This document shows, one piece after another, positions 16,795 through 19,524 of a stretch of DNA of 19,524 nt. The position numbers were made by a program, and so were the translations under genes. Position 1 is the first letter of the stretch, and every line of letters starts with the position of its first letter. Below the pieces are notes generated by a model. It saw nothing but the letters and a program-made list of their open reading frames with translations. It ran no database searches and was not told the DNA's origin. This DNA comes from Candidatus Eiseniibacteriota bacterium (lineage in GTDB: Bacteria > Eisenbacteria > RBG-16-71-46 > CAIMUX01 > VGJL01): assembly GCA_041946735.1 (NCBI GenBank), contig JBHGAY010000047.1:1-19524 (forward strand), given 5' to 3'.

Positions 16795-16896
16795 GGTTCT
16801 CCTCCGGGCATCTCGGACCCTCGAAACCGGCACTCACGGCTCGCCCACGGTTCCGTGAGGGCGCGACCGGAGAAGGCCGGGCAGCAGCAGAAGCGG

Positions 16897-16925
16897 ATTT
16901 TCTGGATCCCCCCGGAGAGTGTCAA
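16897..16925 (-). promoter_or_regulatory. Putative sigma70 promoter for the acidic-protein gene
   Basis: TTGACA (16925-16920), 17-bp spacer, GAAAAT (16902-16897). Confidence 0.5.
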
Positions 16926-16958
16926 GGGAAAGTTGCCAGCGCACCGATTCCGCTTTCG

Positions 16959-17220
16959 TATACTCCGACCGATGGAACGATACGCTTCAAACCGCGTCGT
17001 GCCGCCGGGAAGCATCCTACTCTCTCGCCTGCTGCTCGGCACAGCATCGCGCATCGGAGCGGAGCAGCGCCGCCGCAACTTCCGCTTCCCTCGCGTCCGG
17101 GGCTGGACGATCGGCCGATCGGTCGGGGGAGATACGCTGGCGCCGTCCGTTCGACACCCTTCGCATCCTGGCAGAGGAGGAGGGGAACGAAGCGGAAGAA
17201 GAGGAAGAGGAGGAGACCCG
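16959..17220 (+). other. TATACT -10 box followed by a ~250-nt potentially structured leader or ncRNA
   Basis: Nested complementary segments 16965-16973/17118-17126, 17007-17013/17084-17090 and 17031-17037/17062-17068. Confidence 0.3.
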
Positions 17221-18618
17221 TTGCGCACCTCGGAGACGACGCTCCACAAGACTCTGCGACAGCCGCGCCCGCTTCCGCTCTCGCGCGCGACGACGGTGGC
17301 GTTGGCGATCACGCTGCTCTCGATGGCGCCCGCGCTGCTCGGCACGCTTGCCTCCCCCGCTCGCGCCTACGGTCCGGCCGAGGTGCGCGCGATCCTCATG
17401 CAGGCACAGAATCCCCTCCCCGACTCCGTCGGGCGGGTCGTGCTGGCGACGCAACGATCCCTCGACCTCCTCGGAAACGGCGGCATCTCGATGGAGGAGC
17501 ACACGATCGAGAGAGCCGGACCCCGCCGGCCCGAGGAGTTCCCCAATCCGGCCTGGTACTTCCGTCCCCGCATTGACAGCCTGCTGATCTCCGTCGCGAC
17601 GATCCATCGCGCTGACGGGACTCAGGAGCCGGTTCCTCGCGACTCGATCCGCCGCGAGCCGGTAGAGGGAGCGGGACCAGGGGGATATCCGGGCATCCAG
17701 AAGCTGGCGATGCACCTGCCGCCGCTGCGTTCCGGCGACGCGCTCGAGGTGCACCTCGCCGGGGCGAGCGTGCCGCTCTCGCGCATCGAGCAGGTGGCCG
17801 GAGAGCACCTCTTCGCGGACCAGGACTCCGTCGTCGAGTCGGAGCTGATCGTCCGCTTCCCGACCGTGCTCTCCATGATCGGCTGGAGGATGGGAGGACT
17901 GCCGCCGGCGGAGCGGAGCACGCTCGGGGGCAACTACGAAGCGCGCTGGCTCGTAGGCCACCTCCCGCCCTCGGTCCCCACCTACCGCACCGTCTCGGGC
18001 CGGCTGACCGGAACCGCTCCCGACTCGCTGGGGCCGATGCTCCTCGAGTACGGCTTCCAGGCCGACTGGCGTTCGGTCGTCCGGCCGAAGCGGATCTTCT
18101 GGCGGCACGTCCTGGAGAGAAGCGAGCCGGAGATCCTCGCCGGCGTAGCGCGGGAGATCGCGCAGGCGACCATCGATCCGCGGGAGCGCATGCAGCGGGC
18201 CATCGCGTGGACCGACGCGAACCTGAAGCCGCTCTCGATCCCCGCGGCGCAGCTCTGGTTCGAGCCGGCCGATCCGGATGCCGTGGTGCGATCCGGCTTC
18301 GCGATCCCGAGGGACCGCGCCGCGATCCTCGTGTGGCTCTTGCGCCGCCTCGGGGTGCGCGCGGACGCCGTGACCGTCTCCTCCCGCGGAAACCCCGCGC
18401 TCCAGCTGACCTTTCCCCAGCAACTCGACCTCTGGACCGTGCGGGCGCAGGCCGGGAGCGACCCGGAGACATGGGTCGATCTTCGTAGCGGGACACAGCA
18501 ACCGGCGAGTTCCGTTCCGGCCGGACCGGGCCTGCTGTGGACAGTCAAGACGGAAGACGAGGATCCGATCGTCTCGTTCCCGGGGCTGCCGCCGCTACCC
18601 GTGACGGGACGGCCTTAG
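17221..18618 (+). CDS. Secreted DUF3857 plus transglutaminase-like domain protein, probably catalytically inactive
   Basis: TTG start with SD GGAGGAG; signal peptide ending SPARA; DUF3857-like 'ATIHRADG...LPPLRSGDALEV'; TG-like 'DAVVRSGFAIPRDRAAILVWLLRRLGVRA...ETWVD'. Confidence 0.7.
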   Translation: MRTSETTLHKTLRQPRPLPLSRATTVALAITLLSMAPALLGTLASPARAYGPAEVRAILMQAQNPLPDSVGRVVLATQRSLDLLGNGGISMEEHTIERAGPRRPEEFPNPAWYFRPRIDSLLISVATIHRADGTQEPVPRDSIRREPVEGAGPGGYPGIQKLAMHLPPLRSGDALEVHLAGASVPLSRIEQVAGEHLFADQDSVVESELIVRFPTVLSMIGWRMGGLPPAERSTLGGNYEARWLVGHLPPSVPTYRTVSGRLTGTAPDSLGPMLLEYGFQADWRSVVRPKRIFWRHVLERSEPEILAGVAREIAQATIDPRERMQRAIAWTDANLKPLSIPAAQLWFEPADPDAVVRSGFAIPRDRAAILVWLLRRLGVRADAVTVSSRGNPALQLTFPQQLDLWTVRAQAGSDPETWVDLRSGTQQPASSVPAGPGLLWTVKTEDEDPIVSFPGLPPLPVTGRP

Positions 18619-18669
18619 CGCCGTTCGTCCCGCGCGCGCAACGTTCTGCTACCGGACGCGCCGCCGGTC

Positions 18670-18678
18670 TGTTACGCT
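18670..18678 (+). promoter_or_regulatory. Possible extended -10 promoter (TGtTACGCT) for the S8 protease gene
   Basis: TGnTAnnnT in intergenic region 18619-18832. Confidence 0.3.
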
Positions 18679-18832
18679 CTGCCCCGCGTCGAAGTCAGGA
18701 CAACGAGGGGCTGCGCGGCTGACGCTCGCCATCGCACGTTCCATCGTCCCTCCACCCTGCCCGAACGCAATTTCATTCAGGCCGCAACAACCGTTTCCTC
18801 ATGCCCGATGCCCCGAAGGGGAGGAGGAAGAG

Positions 18833-19524
18833 ATGAGTCTTTTGCGCTGGATCGCCGTGACCGGCCTCCTCTTGGTCTCGGCGAGCGCTCAAGCCGGCAC
18901 GATCCATCCGGCACTGCAAGCCGAAATGGATGCCACCGCTCCCGACGCCACGGTCAGCGTGCTCGTCTACATGGCGGAGCAAGCGCCGATCGCAGGAATG
19001 AACCAGGAGCTTCGCGCCGAGAAGGCGACGATGCTCCAGCGACACAGCGAAGTGATCACAGCCTTGCAGTCGACGGCCAGCCGCACGCAGGCGGACCTCC
19101 GGACGTTTCTCGATTCCGGCATCCGCAACGGCAGCGTGCAGGGGTACACGAGCTACTGGATCATGAACGCCTTCGTCGTCGACGCGACGAAGGAAGCGAT
19201 CCGGCAGATCGCCGCCCGCATCGACGTCGACCAGGTCGAGCCGAACTACGGAGTCTCACTGATCGAGCCGGTCGAGATGCATCTGCCGCCGGTGGGCGAG
19301 GAGGCGTACGACGGCCCGCGCGGCATCGGCGTGACCCCCGGACTGCGCGCGATCCGCGCCCCGGAGGTCTGGTATCAGCTCGGCTACAACGGAGCCGGGC
19401 GAGTGCTTGCGAATCTCGACACCGGCGTCGACGGCAACCACCCGGCGCTGCGCGATCGCTGGCGGGGCGTGGGCGGCCAGCATCCGTGGCAGGAGTGCTG
19501 GCTCGACGTCCTCGGCACCGGCAC
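18833..19524 (+). CDS. Secreted S8 subtilisin-like protease (bacillopeptidase F-like), N-terminal part; runs off the window edge
   Basis: Not in the ORF track. SD GGAGGAGG; MSLLRWIAVTGLLLVSASAQA|GTIHPAL..., I9-like propeptide (YWIMNAFVV), then IRAPEVWYQLGYNGAGRVLANLDTGVDGNHPALRDRWRG containing the catalytic Asp motif. Confidence 0.92.
   Translation, partial: MSLLRWIAVTGLLLVSASAQAGTIHPALQAEMDATAPDATVSVLVYMAEQAPIAGMNQELRAEKATMLQRHSEVITALQSTASRTQADLRTFLDSGIRNGSVQGYTSYWIMNAFVVDATKEAIRQIAARIDVDQVEPNYGVSLIEPVEMHLPPVGEEAYDGPRGIGVTPGLRAIRAPEVWYQLGYNGAGRVLANLDTGVDGNHPALRDRWRGVGGQHPWQECWLDVLGTG

Noticed and set aside
16417..17220. Hydrophobic N-terminal extension of the 733-aa track ORF and the poly-Ser ends of other ORFs
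   Set aside because: These are antisense readings of the poly-D/E gene; a better start (SD, TTG 17221, signal peptide) lies downstream.
17128..17220. Peptide EIRWRRPFDTLRILAEEEGNEAEEEEEEE, loosely like the head of the acidic protein
   Set aside because: No credible start or SD, and the frame runs far into the DUF3857 gene; best explained by the purine tract before the SD.
18619..18832. Possible riboswitch upstream of the S8 protease
   Set aside because: Only short hairpins (e.g. CCCC-GAA-GGGG next to the SD) and no recognisable aptamer motif.

Overview
High-GC bacterial DNA with no rRNA, tRNA, CRISPR or mobile element visible. A secreted protein ending in a T9SS/FlgD-like C-terminal domain suggests an FCB-related lineage (inference). 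The core is a minus-strand 11-gene complex I operon, nuoA-B-C-D-H-I-J-K-L-M-N (13387->2876), with no nuoEFG. The most striking signal is in NuoL: its lateral helix carries a 26-residue (78-bp period) tandem duplication, the lengthening associated with complexes that have an extra NuoM ('2M'), yet the operon has only one nuoM, preceded by the operon's largest gap. Just downstream is a secreted protein made of two His-patterned helical repeats resembling cytochrome b562/c'. The left flank has a partial beta-helix secreted protein and a YCF48-like propeller. The right flank has a SpoU/TrmH methyltransferase, a PP2C phosphatase, a TetA-like MFS transporter, a 90-aa protein that is 79% Asp/Glu, a potentially structured ~250-nt leader, a DUF3857/transglutaminase-like protein lacking its catalytic Cys/His, and a partial bacillopeptidase F-like S8 protease. 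All calls come from reading motifs by eye; no database searches were run.
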